Origin: a virus
IMG/VR virus record: IMGVR_UViG_3300009073_000018
Direction: 5' to 3' (one strand)
Length of the DNA stretch: 64,000 nucleotides
Part shown: positions 9,903 through 20,734 of the stretch, piece by piece
How positions within the stretch are numbered: position 1 is the stretch's first letter
Layout: the number at the start of each line of letters is the position of its first letter
Program-made: the position numbers and the translations under genes
The notes under the pieces: model-generated
Told to the model about the DNA's origin: nothing
Database searches by the model: none
The model's input: only the letters and a program-made list of their open reading frames with translations

Positions 9903-10616
9903 ATGAAAATAAGAAAAATTATAGAAGGTTTTAGAGCCTTAGTAGGTGATTACTCAACTAAATTATCTACTGATAATAGCTGGTCTAATAGACTAGTTTA
10001 TCATCATATGCTTATGTGTAGAGCACGTATTCTATATGAACAATATAATCAAAAAGGAAAAGCAGTCCATGCTTATACAAGACAACCATTAGATTGCATT
10101 GAAATGTGCAGAGTTAATCAAAATGAATGTCCTTGTGTTCCTGATTCTTCATGCTTCTTTTTAAGAAGTGTTTTACCTATCCCAGAGCCTGTAGATGATC
10201 TGATCTTCTCAGTCACAGCAGGGGAAGTAGTGTTTGATAAAGTCAAGTGGGATGATTTCAAATATAAAGTAACCTCAAGATTTGATTGGGAAAGAACAGC
10301 TAAGTATTATACATTAAAAGAATTTGATGGTAATACTTATTTATACCTATACAATGACGACTTTAAAAAGTTTGCAACTATAAGTGCTGTCTTTACAGAC
10401 CCCCTTGATGTTTATTGCTTTCCTTCATGTGATGAACTTAATCCTCCTCATTGTAAAGATGCATTAGATGCCGAGTTCAAATTAGAACCAGAATTGCTTC
10501 CATTGTTATATCAAATGACTTATGAAAAGCTAATGACATTAAAACAGAACGCAAGGACTGATATATTAAATAATGATAATGATGATACGTCAGGTGCACA
10601 AACTCCACTAGAATGA
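9903..10616 (+). CDS. crAss-like tail ring/adaptor protein
   Basis: SNRLVYHHML..RA.IL and LDCIEM..V..ECPC…LRSVLPIP pattern recalled from crAss-like ring proteins; synteny with the IHF-like and muzzle genes. Confidence 0.6.
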   Translation: MKIRKIIEGFRALVGDYSTKLSTDNSWSNRLVYHHMLMCRARILYEQYNQKGKAVHAYTRQPLDCIEMCRVNQNECPCVPDSSCFFLRSVLPIPEPVDDLIFSVTAGEVVFDKVKWDDFKYKVTSRFDWERTAKYYTLKEFDGNTYLYLYNDDFKKFATISAVFTDPLDVYCFPSCDELNPPHCKDALDAEFKLEPELLPLLYQMTYEKLMTLKQNARTDILNNDNDDTSGAQTPLE

Positions 10617-11092
10617 TAAAAAAAGCTTATACAATTTATGACTTCTATAATTCATATGAGAAGGAATATAAAACATTAAACAATAGGCTTTCCAGAAAAG
10701 AGTATACTAAAATAATAAAACATATAATGCTTCTTATAAGAGAAGAAATTATAAAGAACAATAAAGTATATAGACCTAATAACCTTATAGGAAGATTTGG
10801 TATAGTAAAAAGAAAAAGAAAAACAGGAGAATCTAATAAGTTAGGTATAAATTGGAAAGAGAGTATAAAATATAATAAATATATATACCATTTAAATAAA
10901 CATACTGATAACTGTTATTTTAGATGGACATGGGAAAAGAATTCACACCATTGCAGATTTAGAAATAAATCATTATATAATTTCAGACCTGTGAGACAGT
11001 CAAAAAGAATGTTAGCTAAGTATATTAATAACAGAGCTGATGATCCTTATACTAAACCATATGACTGCTTAACAGAACTTCCTAAGATATGA
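10613..11092 (+). CDS. IHF/HU-like protein of the crAss-like structural module
   Basis: Basic 159-aa protein with YDFY…II..I…GRFGIVKRK…INWKES…HT..YFRW.W pattern; conserved position between ring genes. Confidence 0.65.
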   Translation: MIKKAYTIYDFYNSYEKEYKTLNNRLSRKEYTKIIKHIMLLIREEIIKNNKVYRPNNLIGRFGIVKRKRKTGESNKLGINWKESIKYNKYIYHLNKHTDNCYFRWTWEKNSHHCRFRNKSLYNFRPVRQSKRMLAKYINNRADDPYTKPYDCLTELPKI

Positions 11093-12066
11093 GAACTAAA
11101 TTTACTTCTATAAAAGGTATTCTTAATGAATGGAAAAGATTTTCACGTTCAGATGATAGAATATCAGAGACAGACATATTAGCTTATGCTACGGATGCTA
11201 TAAAATTAATTTATACTGATGAACAATATTGTCATAAAGTAGAGATAGTAGAAGTAAAGAACTATAAGGCTACCTTACCTGCACACTTCAGAACAATGTG
11301 TCAAGTAGCTTATATGTTGAAACCTAAAGATAAGTGTAGTAGAAAACAGGTAGTACAGTGGTCTCAACAAGTATGGGGTTCAGATTGTGAACTAGAAATA
11401 AATCTTAAATGTGATAAGTGTCATGAAGAAACTTGCTCATGTGAAGATGATGTTATACTTACTATAGATGTAGATAGAATGTACAAGCAAGCTAATCCAG
11501 CTACCTATGCTTCCTACATGAAACACTTTTATTCTCATGGTGGTATAACAGATTATGGTATGGTATCTCCATATCATCCTGGCTTTTGTCTATTAAGAAG
11601 AGCTAGTAATAATTTTCATGGTATTAATTCTCATATTAAAAATTGTCTTAATTATAAAGTAGAATGTGAACATTCATATTCTATACATGATTGTCAGATA
11701 TTAACATCATTTAAAGAAGGTAAATTACTTTTATCTTATTTCCATCACCCTGTTGATGAAGAAGGATTTATGATGATACCAGATGAACCAGAAGTATGGG
11801 AAGCTTTAAATTATATCATAGCAGAGAATTATGCAAGAGCAGACTTCTTAGCTGAAGAAACACAGAATAAAAGAATTAAATGGCAGATGTTAGTAGACAT
11901 GAGAGCTAAGAGATTAGCTACTGCAAGGTCTAGAATACAAATGCCAGATCAAGATGAATGGGCTTCATTTGTAAGAAACCATTGGAAGAAAGTTTTACCT
12001 TATTATGAACATGAAGAGAATATAAATAGAAGTAGACCAGATAGATTCCATTACCCTTATTATTAA
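11089..12066 (+). CDS. crAss-like tail tubular/ring protein (P22 gp4-like)
   Basis: FTSI..I…DIL.Y..DA..I…EVKNYKA.LP..F N-terminal pattern; lies upstream of the muzzle gene. Confidence 0.6.
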   Translation: MRTKFTSIKGILNEWKRFSRSDDRISETDILAYATDAIKLIYTDEQYCHKVEIVEVKNYKATLPAHFRTMCQVAYMLKPKDKCSRKQVVQWSQQVWGSDCELEINLKCDKCHEETCSCEDDVILTIDVDRMYKQANPATYASYMKHFYSHGGITDYGMVSPYHPGFCLLRRASNNFHGINSHIKNCLNYKVECEHSYSIHDCQILTSFKEGKLLLSYFHHPVDEEGFMMIPDEPEVWEALNYIIAENYARADFLAEETQNKRIKWQMLVDMRAKRLATARSRIQMPDQDEWASFVRNHWKKVLPYYEHEENINRSRPDRFHYPYY

Positions 12067-12068
12067 TT

Positions 12069-12677
12069 ATGATAATAGATTTAAAAAAGACATACCCATT
12101 AGATACTGATAAAGTAGCAATAGTATTTGAAAATGGAACTAAACAACAAAGAATAAATGTTAGAAAAGTATTTGAGATATATGAATATTTTTTAAGAGAT
12201 AAGATTGAATTAAAGTGGTTTAGTAAATATTCTAATACTATACCTAATATAAGTATAAGTTTTGGACACTCTAGTTCAGGAGCTTACATAGGCACAGACG
12301 GTTGGAATGCTCATCTAAGAAATAAATCAAGTATTAATTTTAATGATAATCATGTACAATTAAGTAACTCACATGAAATGAGAATAATAGGACATGAATT
12401 CTTTCACTCTATAATAGCAGCTAAACATCAACACGTAGAAGATGATTTAGTAAAAAGAGATCCAGATAGGTTTTATGTAGCACAAGACAATAACATAAAA
12501 AGTATAATGAGATATAGGCAAGAAGGAGAAGAAAGAAATTTCTTTCCCAGTATACAAGACTATGTATCTACTATATACTTTGACTCTTATAGATTGTTAG
12601 GAGAAACCTATAGATCAACTATAGCAGGTCAAATAATAGAAGAACCTGTTTTTGAAATATGTGATATACATGGCTAA
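12069..12677 (+). CDS. Small zinc metallopeptidase (metzincin, astacin-like)
   Basis: HEFFHSIIAAKHQH followed by an SIMRY Met-turn. Confidence 0.65.
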   Translation: MIIDLKKTYPLDTDKVAIVFENGTKQQRINVRKVFEIYEYFLRDKIELKWFSKYSNTIPNISISFGHSSSGAYIGTDGWNAHLRNKSSINFNDNHVQLSNSHEMRIIGHEFFHSIIAAKHQHVEDDLVKRDPDRFYVAQDNNIKSIMRYRQEGEERNFFPSIQDYVSTIYFDSYRLLGETYRSTIAGQIIEEPVFEICDIHG

Positions 12678-15600
12678 TACTAAATACTTACAGAATAATT
12701 TTTCAGGCGGTCTTAATTTAGATGCTGCACCTTGGAATGTTCCTAATACAGATTGGACATATGCATTGAATGCTGTGAACAAGTCTGCTGAACATATAGG
12801 AGGATTTCTTACTAATGAAGAATCTACTAAGAAATGTGTTGACCTACCTGGAAGAGTAAGAGGTGCTAAGTATATAGATGAAAGAGATCAATCTTTATTG
12901 TTTATAAATAAAGATGAAATATGGTTAGTAGACCATAAAGAGTGTACTACTAAATTTGTTATGTCTGGTAGTGAATTTGGTTGTGATTGGAACTTTAACA
13001 AATGTGAGATGCTGTATCCAATCTTTAAGCCAATGGGTCCATGTAATGAATTACATATATATTTTTCTTCATGTTGTTGTTATTATGTAGTAAACATAGA
13101 TGAAATGTGTGATGGAAAAAGAAGGGTATGTAAAGAATGTGAAGATTTTCATTTATTCAAATGTGTATGTGGACCTAACATAACAGCTATAGTATCAGAT
13201 TCTGGAGGATATTCTTTAGAAGCAGGAGCATATCAATTTGTTGCTCAACTTGTAGATGAAGATAATAATGCAACTAATTGGTTTCCTTTAACTACTGCAG
13301 TTCACGTTGGAAGTGAAAATAATATTCCTGGGGAGAGGAGTACAGCTTCTATAAAATTAAATATAGACTGCTTAGATAGTAAGTATAGTAATGTAAACAT
13401 TGCAGTAGTTAAAACAATTGGAGGTCAAGTAAGAGAACCTGAGTTAGTTGTTAGTAAACCTTATAATGATAAAGGTATTACTCATATTTATCATGGACAC
13501 TCTTTAGAGACATTAACATTTGAAGAAATATTTACAAAAAGAAGAACATATATAAAAGGTCAAGATCTGTTTCAAAATCAGAATAGACTATTTTTATATA
13601 ATACAAAACAAGAAAATAATTTAGACTACCAAAGAAGAGCAAATAAGATAAAAGGAATAGGGGTTATATATGAGGTAAAAGCAGAAGAGGCTCATAAATT
13701 TAAGACTCTAATGCGTGGGGAGAGATATTTACCAGCCATAGTATGGAATTACTGTGATGGAACTCATACTGTGCCCTTTCCTTTATCTTGTGATGGTGCC
13801 GGAGCTCCTGAATGTGGAGGTGGTGGCGGCGCTTCTATAGATGGAACTATAGCTAATGTAGACTATAAAGCTGAAGAATGTATAAGACAAGAAGGTATAG
13901 ATGATCCTGAAGAGCATGAAGAAGATATGTGTGAAGTACTTCTTAATAGAATATTGGGATGGACTTGTGACACAGATCAGTATCAACAAACTATTGATGA
14001 AGTATATGAGCATTATAATGCTACTCCTAACATGTGTTCTGATGCAGAAAGACTGGATGAAATGGGACAGACTTGGATGGATTACATGGCAGGTTTTGCT
14101 TGGGATGAGTGTCAACCAGTAGGGAGTGGAGATGATTTACTAGATTCATTAAAACATTTTATAAATAGATTCTTAACAAACAGAGAAACAGTAAGAGGTA
14201 AAGCAGCTGAATTAAATATGAATGAAAGTCCTTGTGCAACACAACAAGGCAGTGAAATAGGATTAGCAGGTGGAGCAGCTACAGGAACTAATCAAAGTGG
14301 TAACTCAGTTAGAGGAGATGAATATACAGATGCAAGTGGTAAATCAGTTTTAGAGAATTTATTAACTACTGTTAAATCAGTTAACTTAGATTGTTTTTTA
14401 TCTTCTGTTAATTATCCAGAAACTAAAAATTGTGAAGGGGAGCATATATATGGAGAACTAGCAGGTGCTCCTATACGTCTATTTCAAATGCCATGTGAAT
14501 CAGAAGAGCCTATTACTAGGACTACTCAACAAGGTGTTATATCTAAACATACTCCAGATGCTGATCCTCATGGAGATACATTTGTAAGGCTTTTAGGAAT
14601 GAAATTTACAGGCATAGAATGGCCTAATGAGGATGAATTACCTAAACCATTATGTAAAACTAATCCTTACAGAATAGTAATGGCTAAAAGAGATGATTGG
14701 AATAGAAGAATAGTAGCTAAAGGTGCATTCTTTGGTACATTTGATGGAGAAGCTAGAGGTAAATGTTTTGCTGTTCCTAGGCATGGAGTTAACTCTTATC
14801 ATAATGTAGATAGGCATGTAGACAATGGAGGTAGTAGAATATCTGCATCTAATGCTGCTACACCTAGATATACGTTTCATTCACCTGACACAGACTTTGC
14901 TAGACCAGGAATAAATGCTAGTACTATTAAAATATCAGGAGAGATATATGGTACAGGATGGAAACATGGGCAATACGCTGAAGGTAAAAAACCTGAAGTA
15001 AGTCAAATAGAAGGAACTAGATTAGATAATAGAGGCACTAGACAATCAGTAAACTTAAATCATTTCAGACCAATAGGTTCATGTTTTGATTTAAATGGTG
15101 CTGTATATGCTGATGCTAATCATAAAGTAAATCCAAAGGCTAATATAGATATGCCTTTAATGAATCTATACAGAGAAAAATCTGTTTACTTACAATCAAG
15201 TGGTGTGTTTCCAGGTCTTGCTAATTCAGCAGCTACAGGACATAGTGATAGATCTTTTGCTGGTGATGTATTAGATCATGTATGCCCACTTACAGGAGCA
15301 GCTCATTATGGCTCTCTAATAAGAGATATACCAGATCAATATGGTTCAGTAGAGCATATGTCTTATGTAGATACAGGACTAACTGGTAACAAGAATAGTG
15401 GATCAGAAATAGAAGGACCATTTGGAGATACATATATAAATCTTTACTCTAAAAGAAGAACTGGTTACGTATCAGAGAAAGTAGGTAATGAATTTAATAT
15501 TCCTGCTTTATATTCTAATAAAAGAAAAACTAGGACTATATGCGATAGTCCAGAAGCATATATATTTCAAATAACAGGACATGACTATTACCCAACTAAA

Positions 15601-17577
15601 TTACCTAAGACAGGAGATGGAGCTGACGCTAAGAATTGGGCTGGCTTGCATACTATAGATGCTTCCTTTACTAGACCTTGTAATACAAGACAAGTAGGAG
15701 ATGTAACAGTGGTATCACCAACTGATGCTGGATTAACTGATCCAGAATCAGATTATTTCTATCCTAGGGTACAAAAAACATTAGTTCATTTCTGGGCTGA
15801 GTCTTCTGTTAATGTACATTATAGGCAAACTTCTCCAGGACTTGGAATAGCTACAGGTAATGTACATTATGATAATTTAAAAGAAATGTATTTAGATGCT
15901 GCTGCTCCTTCTGATCATCCCTGGGAAGAGTCATGGTTAACTAGATTCTTTTGTGAACAAGAACAACCATCTAGAAGACAGATATGGTTAAAAAATATGA
16001 TATTGTTATTTTTAGTATATGGTTTACCTACTTTAGCTGTTAAATATTTTTTAAATGTAGGTACTTTACTTCAGGGGGGTATGGTAGCATTTCCATTTAT
16101 GGCTGCAATGTGGGCTGTACTAGTTAAAGATCTATTATCTAGTGAAAGAATAAATGATATATTAGGTATACCTAATTGTTTTACAGATGAGCAAGGGGGT
16201 AATGAAGAATGTATAAGAAATTTTGAAGATAATCATTATGAGTATTCTCATGATTATGGTATAAATAATGATATAAGTACATATCAAGGAGCAGGTAAAG
16301 ACTACTACACTTGTATATGTAATGACTGTGAGAATGGGCACAATGATGAAACTACCAATATAATATACTATAGTAACCCTCAAATAATAGGTTCTAATTT
16401 AGATGCTTATAAGAATTTTCATGCTAATGATATAGCTACTTTACCAGCTGATGGGGGACCTTTACAAGATATGTTTGTTCATGATGGTAGAATGTATGCT
16501 CATACTACAGATAACATATATCAATTATCTTTAAATAGTTCTGAAGCACAAGGTCTGGGAGCACCAGGAGGTCTATTATCTACTGGTCTATCTATACAAC
16601 CTTATGCATTAGCTCCTGAGTTGTGTGAAGGGTTTGCTGGTACACTAGATCCTAACGCTACAATACAAACTCCTAGAGGGGTTATATTCATTGATAGGGA
16701 AGGTAAAGAGATCTACTTGTGGAATAGTGGCTCTGGATTAGAGAAACTCTCTAAGAAAGGCTTAAATCGCTTCTGGAGAGATTATATGGAGTTCTGTTCA
16801 GAAGGAGAATGTGAAGATGAAAGGAATGGAGGTAACTCATATGTAATGGGATGGGACTATAATTATGATAGATTGCTAATAACTAAACGTGATACAAAAC
16901 ACCCCTTCACATTATCATATGATTTTGAAAGAAATAGATGGATAAGTTTCCATTCATATACTCCAGAGTTTTATATATGGAATAGAGACAGCTTATATTC
17001 AATAGATAAAGGAGCTTTATGGAAGCATGGCTTTGATTGTTGTAACTATCAGACGTTTTATGATACCTATTATCCATTTATAGTGGAGTATGTTGTAAAC
17101 AATCCAAGCCCATATGAATTAAATTACGTATCTTTACATACAGATGCCTATAAATGTAATGGATGTGATTATAATAGAGATAACTTTGATTCATTTACTG
17201 AAGCTGCTTTCTGGAATGCCTATCAATCAACAGGTACTTTAACATTAGATAAAAGAAAATTGAAAAGAGGGGGACCATATGATAACAATACAGCAAAAGA
17301 TAGAGGACAGACAGTAGACTATACTTTTTATGATAGAGAGTGGAGACTCAATAGATTAAATGATAATACTATAGATTGTGAAAAATCGCTTTTAACATGT
17401 GATGAATGTTCTCCATTTAGAGAAATAAATGATGATAATGCTTGTGCAGATCCTAACTCATTGAACAATATTTTATACGATAGATATACATATAGTAGGT
17501 TTACATATATGAATGACCCAGAAATAAATTTGTACTTCAACAGTGCATTAACAAATGTTGAAACTTATGAAAGGTAA
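12652..17577 (+). CDS. Tail stabilization/muzzle protein (P22 gp10-like, crAss-like)
   Basis: 1641 aa; N-terminal NNFSGGLNLD…YALNA; C-terminal beta-propeller-like WISFHSYTP..Y…LYSI segment; synteny. The true start may be Met at 12670. Confidence 0.7.
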   Translation: MKYVIYMANTKYLQNNFSGGLNLDAAPWNVPNTDWTYALNAVNKSAEHIGGFLTNEESTKKCVDLPGRVRGAKYIDERDQSLLFINKDEIWLVDHKECTTKFVMSGSEFGCDWNFNKCEMLYPIFKPMGPCNELHIYFSSCCCYYVVNIDEMCDGKRRVCKECEDFHLFKCVCGPNITAIVSDSGGYSLEAGAYQFVAQLVDEDNNATNWFPLTTAVHVGSENNIPGERSTASIKLNIDCLDSKYSNVNIAVVKTIGGQVREPELVVSKPYNDKGITHIYHGHSLETLTFEEIFTKRRTYIKGQDLFQNQNRLFLYNTKQENNLDYQRRANKIKGIGVIYEVKAEEAHKFKTLMRGERYLPAIVWNYCDGTHTVPFPLSCDGAGAPECGGGGGASIDGTIANVDYKAEECIRQEGIDDPEEHEEDMCEVLLNRILGWTCDTDQYQQTIDEVYEHYNATPNMCSDAERLDEMGQTWMDYMAGFAWDECQPVGSGDDLLDSLKHFINRFLTNRETVRGKAAELNMNESPCATQQGSEIGLAGGAATGTNQSGNSVRGDEYTDASGKSVLENLLTTVKSVNLDCFLSSVNYPETKNCEGEHIYGELAGAPIRLFQMPCESEEPITRTTQQGVISKHTPDADPHGDTFVRLLGMKFTGIEWPNEDELPKPLCKTNPYRIVMAKRDDWNRRIVAKGAFFGTFDGEARGKCFAVPRHGVNSYHNVDRHVDNGGSRISASNAATPRYTFHSPDTDFARPGINASTIKISGEIYGTGWKHGQYAEGKKPEVSQIEGTRLDNRGTRQSVNLNHFRPIGSCFDLNGAVYADANHKVNPKANIDMPLMNLYREKSVYLQSSGVFPGLANSAATGHSDRSFAGDVLDHVCPLTGAAHYGSLIRDIPDQYGSVEHMSYVDTGLTGNKNSGSEIEGPFGDTYINLYSKRRTGYVSEKVGNEFNIPALYSNKRKTRTICDSPEAYIFQITGHDYYPTKLPKTGDGADAKNWAGLHTIDASFTRPCNTRQVGDVTVVSPTDAGLTDPESDYFYPRVQKTLVHFWAESSVNVHYRQTSPGLGIATGNVHYDNLKEMYLDAAAPSDHPWEESWLTRFFCEQEQPSRRQIWLKNMILLFLVYGLPTLAVKYFLNVGTLLQGGMVAFPFMAAMWAVLVKDLLSSERINDILGIPNCFTDEQGGNEECIRNFEDNHYEYSHDYGINNDISTYQGAGKDYYTCICNDCENGHNDETTNIIYYSNPQIIGSNLDAYKNFHANDIATLPADGGPLQDMFVHDGRMYAHTTDNIYQLSLNSSEAQGLGAPGGLLSTGLSIQPYALAPELCEGFAGTLDPNATIQTPRGVIFIDREGKEIYLWNSGSGLEKLSKKGLNRFWRDYMEFCSEGECEDERNGGNSYVMGWDYNYDRLLITKRDTKHPFTLSYDFERNRWISFHSYTPEFYIWNRDSLYSIDKGALWKHGFDCCNYQTFYDTYYPFIVEYVVNNPSPYELNYVSLHTDAYKCNGCDYNRDNFDSFTEAAFWNAYQSTGTLTLDKRKLKRGGPYDNNTAKDRGQTVDYTFYDREWRLNRLNDNTIDCEKSLLTCDECSPFREINDDNACADPNSLNNILYDRYTYSRFTYMNDPEINLYFNSALTNVETYER

Positions 17578-20500
17578 AAAGAAAAAAATTAAAAAATACC
17601 CTGAAGGGGGACCTTATACTAATCCTTGGAATCCAGTAGATAATAATCCTCATCATTATGATCCTAGAAATTATGATTCTGACTATGATCCTAATGCTCC
17701 TGGAAATATATACAGTACACCTTACTCTTCAGAAATAGGTGCACATAATCCATTTAGTGATTATAGTAATATGAATTGGAATTCATTAATGGGTACTTTT
17801 ATGCCTTTCATGAAGACTATACTAAAGCCATCAAGATATAATGAAAATGCAGCTTACAATGATGCAGTAAATAATAATTTATTTACTACTAATGGTTATT
17901 CATTTTCTGATGGAGGAGCAGTTAATGCAAGTAATGGTTTAGAAGATATGCGAGCATTATTAGGAGATGAGTTATTTGATAGTGGATATAGAATGGATGC
18001 AGAAGGAGCTATTAGAGGACAAGGTGGAGGATATGCAGGTACTGTAAATGATATAGGAGCACTTCTTAATGCAATAAACAACACTAGTAAAACAGTTACT
18101 GATGAAAATCCTAATATAGCAGCATCAGTTAATACAGTAAGTAAAAAATCAATAGTTAACAATAGTAGACAAAATAGATTCTTTACTAGTGGTTATCAGG
18201 ATGTTGCAAATAGTTTAGGATTAGAATCTAAAGATGATGTAAGAGCTCTTCAAGAAAAGATAGGGTTAAGAAAAGATGCAGTAGATGGTATATTTGGACC
18301 ACAAACGTCTGCGGCTCTTGCAGCTCATAAAGTAAACGTTGCTAAATATACTCCTAATTTAAATAACGTAATAAATCCAAGTATAATTCAACCAGGAGTA
18401 AGAGACAGTAATACTAATATAGATCTTTCTTTAGGTGCTTCTCCGGTATTAGCAGAGACAGCAAACAGTCATGTAGATCCTGATGATAAAGGATTAGACA
18501 CCTTATTATCTTTAATACCAGGTAATGCTTATGCTAAAGGAGCTAAAGGAATAGTTAACTATGGAAAAAATTTCTTTAATATAGGTAAAAGTGTTGGACA
18601 ACAAACAGTTAATGGTATTTCAGTAACTAGAAATGCTGCTGGACAATTTGCTAAAATAAAAGATACTAGAGGGGGATTACAAAGAATTAAAGAAGCTGCC
18701 AGTAGTGCTAGTTCTAAAGTAAAAGATGCATTAAACACTGCTATAGAAAAAGGACAAAAACTAAAAGGAAATAAGTATGCTAAACTTAGTGATGAAGGTA
18801 AAGCAGAGTATGATAAAATAGTAGAACAAATAATTGAAAGTTCTAAAGCTACTACTAAATCATATAATAACTTTTTAGATGATGCTGGTGCATTATTTGG
18901 TGAAGCTGGTGGTGCTGCAAGAGCATTTGCTAATGGAGGTAATATACCAAAATATAATAATGGGGGTGAGATATCATTAATGCCTGTACAAACAGAGAAA
19001 GGAGAGTTTATTTTATTTCAAGATGGTACTATATCTAAAGTGAAAGCTAAAGATAAGCACAAAAACATGAAAGATGATGAAGTAACAGACGTACTACCTG
19101 AAGGTTCTTATGTTACCTCTGCTAGAAAAAAAATGAAACTATCTAAAAGTAAAGCAGAAGATATATCATTTGGATATACTACTCCTTTATATGAAGAAAA
19201 TAAAATTGGTGATGTACCAGAAGAAGTAATGTTTTCAGATATATTTAAAAAGAAACAACATACTCCTGCTGAATTAACTGAAATTATACAAAAAAAGTTT
19301 CCAGTAACTGATAGAGATAAAGATGCATTTGCAGAGTTTACAAAAAAAGAAAATAAAGAAAGTAGAATGCCTTATCTTAAAGCTTTAGTAAGCATGTCAG
19401 AAGAAAAAAAACCTAAAAAGAAAAGACAATTTGCAATGGGTGGAGGTATTAATAATAATATTAATCAAATGGATCCTATATTTAAAAACTATAATTCAGC
19501 ACTTGATCATCATTTTGATGCTTTTGATGTATTTGGAGAGATGGATAACGCTATGAAGTCCCAACAGTACCCTAGAAGTTTATTTGCTACTAATAGTAAC
19601 ATGGGAATGAAAGGACCTTCTTTTTTTCCTTCATTAAATTTTAATTCAAAACCTTCTGCATTTGCCAATGGAGGTAATATACCAAAACTAGATGGAGGAG
19701 GTGATCCCTGGACAGCAATAATACAAGGAGCTTTAGGTCCTATATTAGGAGGCTTTAATTATTGGGCTAATAGAGGTAATATAAAAAATATGAAGCAGGC
19801 TGGTTTAGATCAATATAACCGTTTAATGAAAAACAATACACAGTCTTCAATGTTTTCTAGTATAGGAAATTTATTACAAGAAGGACCTAGATTATTAAAT
19901 GAAACTGCAAATCAGAATGATCCTAGACGTAGAGCTTTAGCTTCTTATGCTAATACTAATACTAATTTAGATAGACAATATAATAACATACAGAATAATA
20001 CTTTTAAAGGTTTAAATGCTTTAGGAAAAAATTTAACATTTGCAGGAGTTAATCCTACTAGTCAAGCAGGAGCTATAGGCTCTCAAATAGGAAATATATT
20101 AAGAGCAGGTAATGATGCATCAGGTCAAGTATTAAATAGTAGAAGTGATAACTTTGCTAACAATCAAAATTTCTTAGGACAATTAGATCAACAAAGAAAT
20201 GCTGTCTTACAAAATCATGTAGATCAAGGTATAAACTTTAGAAACAATAGAATAAGCTCTTTAGCAGATATAGGTGTAAACCAAGTTAATAGAGATAGTA
20301 ATGCAGGACAGTTTTTACATGATTCTATATTAGGAGATCAACAAAGAAGAATAAACTCTGAAACTGGATGGGCAGAAGCTGCAGGTGCAGGTATAAATAC
20401 AGGAATAGCTACTTATAATGCTCCTCAAAGTAATCAAGCTTCTATGTTTAATCCAGGCTTATTTGGACAAAGTATGTTTGGACAAAATAATCAATCATTT

Positions 20501-20725
20501 AGTCCACAAGGAAATGCAATAGCTAATAACACTAGTCAATTAAGTAACTTAGCTTTTAATACTTCATCTATGGGATCTATGAATAAAACCAATTCAATAA
20601 ATAATATGTCTTCAGGAGAAAAGAAAAGATTAGCTGATATATTATTAACTTTACTAGGAGATGAAAATAATTCAGGTTCTCCTTTAACTGGAGTAGGACA
20701 TTTAAGTGCTTTAGGAATAAATTAA
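17555..20725 (+). CDS. Cargo/ejection protein with a peptidoglycan-binding domain and repeated [FY]xxGG motifs
   Basis: DVRALQEKIG…VDGIFGPQTSAAL (PG_binding_1-like); several F/YxxGG motifs; Gln/Asn-rich helical C-terminus; lies between the muzzle and RNAP genes. Confidence 0.65.
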   Translation: MLKLMKGKKKKIKKYPEGGPYTNPWNPVDNNPHHYDPRNYDSDYDPNAPGNIYSTPYSSEIGAHNPFSDYSNMNWNSLMGTFMPFMKTILKPSRYNENAAYNDAVNNNLFTTNGYSFSDGGAVNASNGLEDMRALLGDELFDSGYRMDAEGAIRGQGGGYAGTVNDIGALLNAINNTSKTVTDENPNIAASVNTVSKKSIVNNSRQNRFFTSGYQDVANSLGLESKDDVRALQEKIGLRKDAVDGIFGPQTSAALAAHKVNVAKYTPNLNNVINPSIIQPGVRDSNTNIDLSLGASPVLAETANSHVDPDDKGLDTLLSLIPGNAYAKGAKGIVNYGKNFFNIGKSVGQQTVNGISVTRNAAGQFAKIKDTRGGLQRIKEAASSASSKVKDALNTAIEKGQKLKGNKYAKLSDEGKAEYDKIVEQIIESSKATTKSYNNFLDDAGALFGEAGGAARAFANGGNIPKYNNGGEISLMPVQTEKGEFILFQDGTISKVKAKDKHKNMKDDEVTDVLPEGSYVTSARKKMKLSKSKAEDISFGYTTPLYEENKIGDVPEEVMFSDIFKKKQHTPAELTEIIQKKFPVTDRDKDAFAEFTKKENKESRMPYLKALVSMSEEKKPKKKRQFAMGGGINNNINQMDPIFKNYNSALDHHFDAFDVFGEMDNAMKSQQYPRSLFATNSNMGMKGPSFFPSLNFNSKPSAFANGGNIPKLDGGGDPWTAIIQGALGPILGGFNYWANRGNIKNMKQAGLDQYNRLMKNNTQSSMFSSIGNLLQEGPRLLNETANQNDPRRRALASYANTNTNLDRQYNNIQNNTFKGLNALGKNLTFAGVNPTSQAGAIGSQIGNILRAGNDASGQVLNSRSDNFANNQNFLGQLDQQRNAVLQNHVDQGINFRNNRISSLADIGVNQVNRDSNAGQFLHDSILGDQQRRINSETGWAEAAGAGINTGIATYNAPQSNQASMFNPGLFGQSMFGQNNQSFSPQGNAIANNTSQLSNLAFNTSSMGSMNKTNSINNMSSGEKKRLADILLTLLGDENNSGSPLTGVGHLSALGIN
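18923..19687 (+). repeat. Dispersed 30-nt direct repeat (29/30 identical) encoding AFANGGNIPK
   Basis: gcatttgctaatggaggtaatataccaaaa at 18923-18952 and gcatttgccaatggaggtaatataccaaaa at 19658-19687. Confidence 0.9.
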
Positions 20726-20734
20726 AATTAAGAA

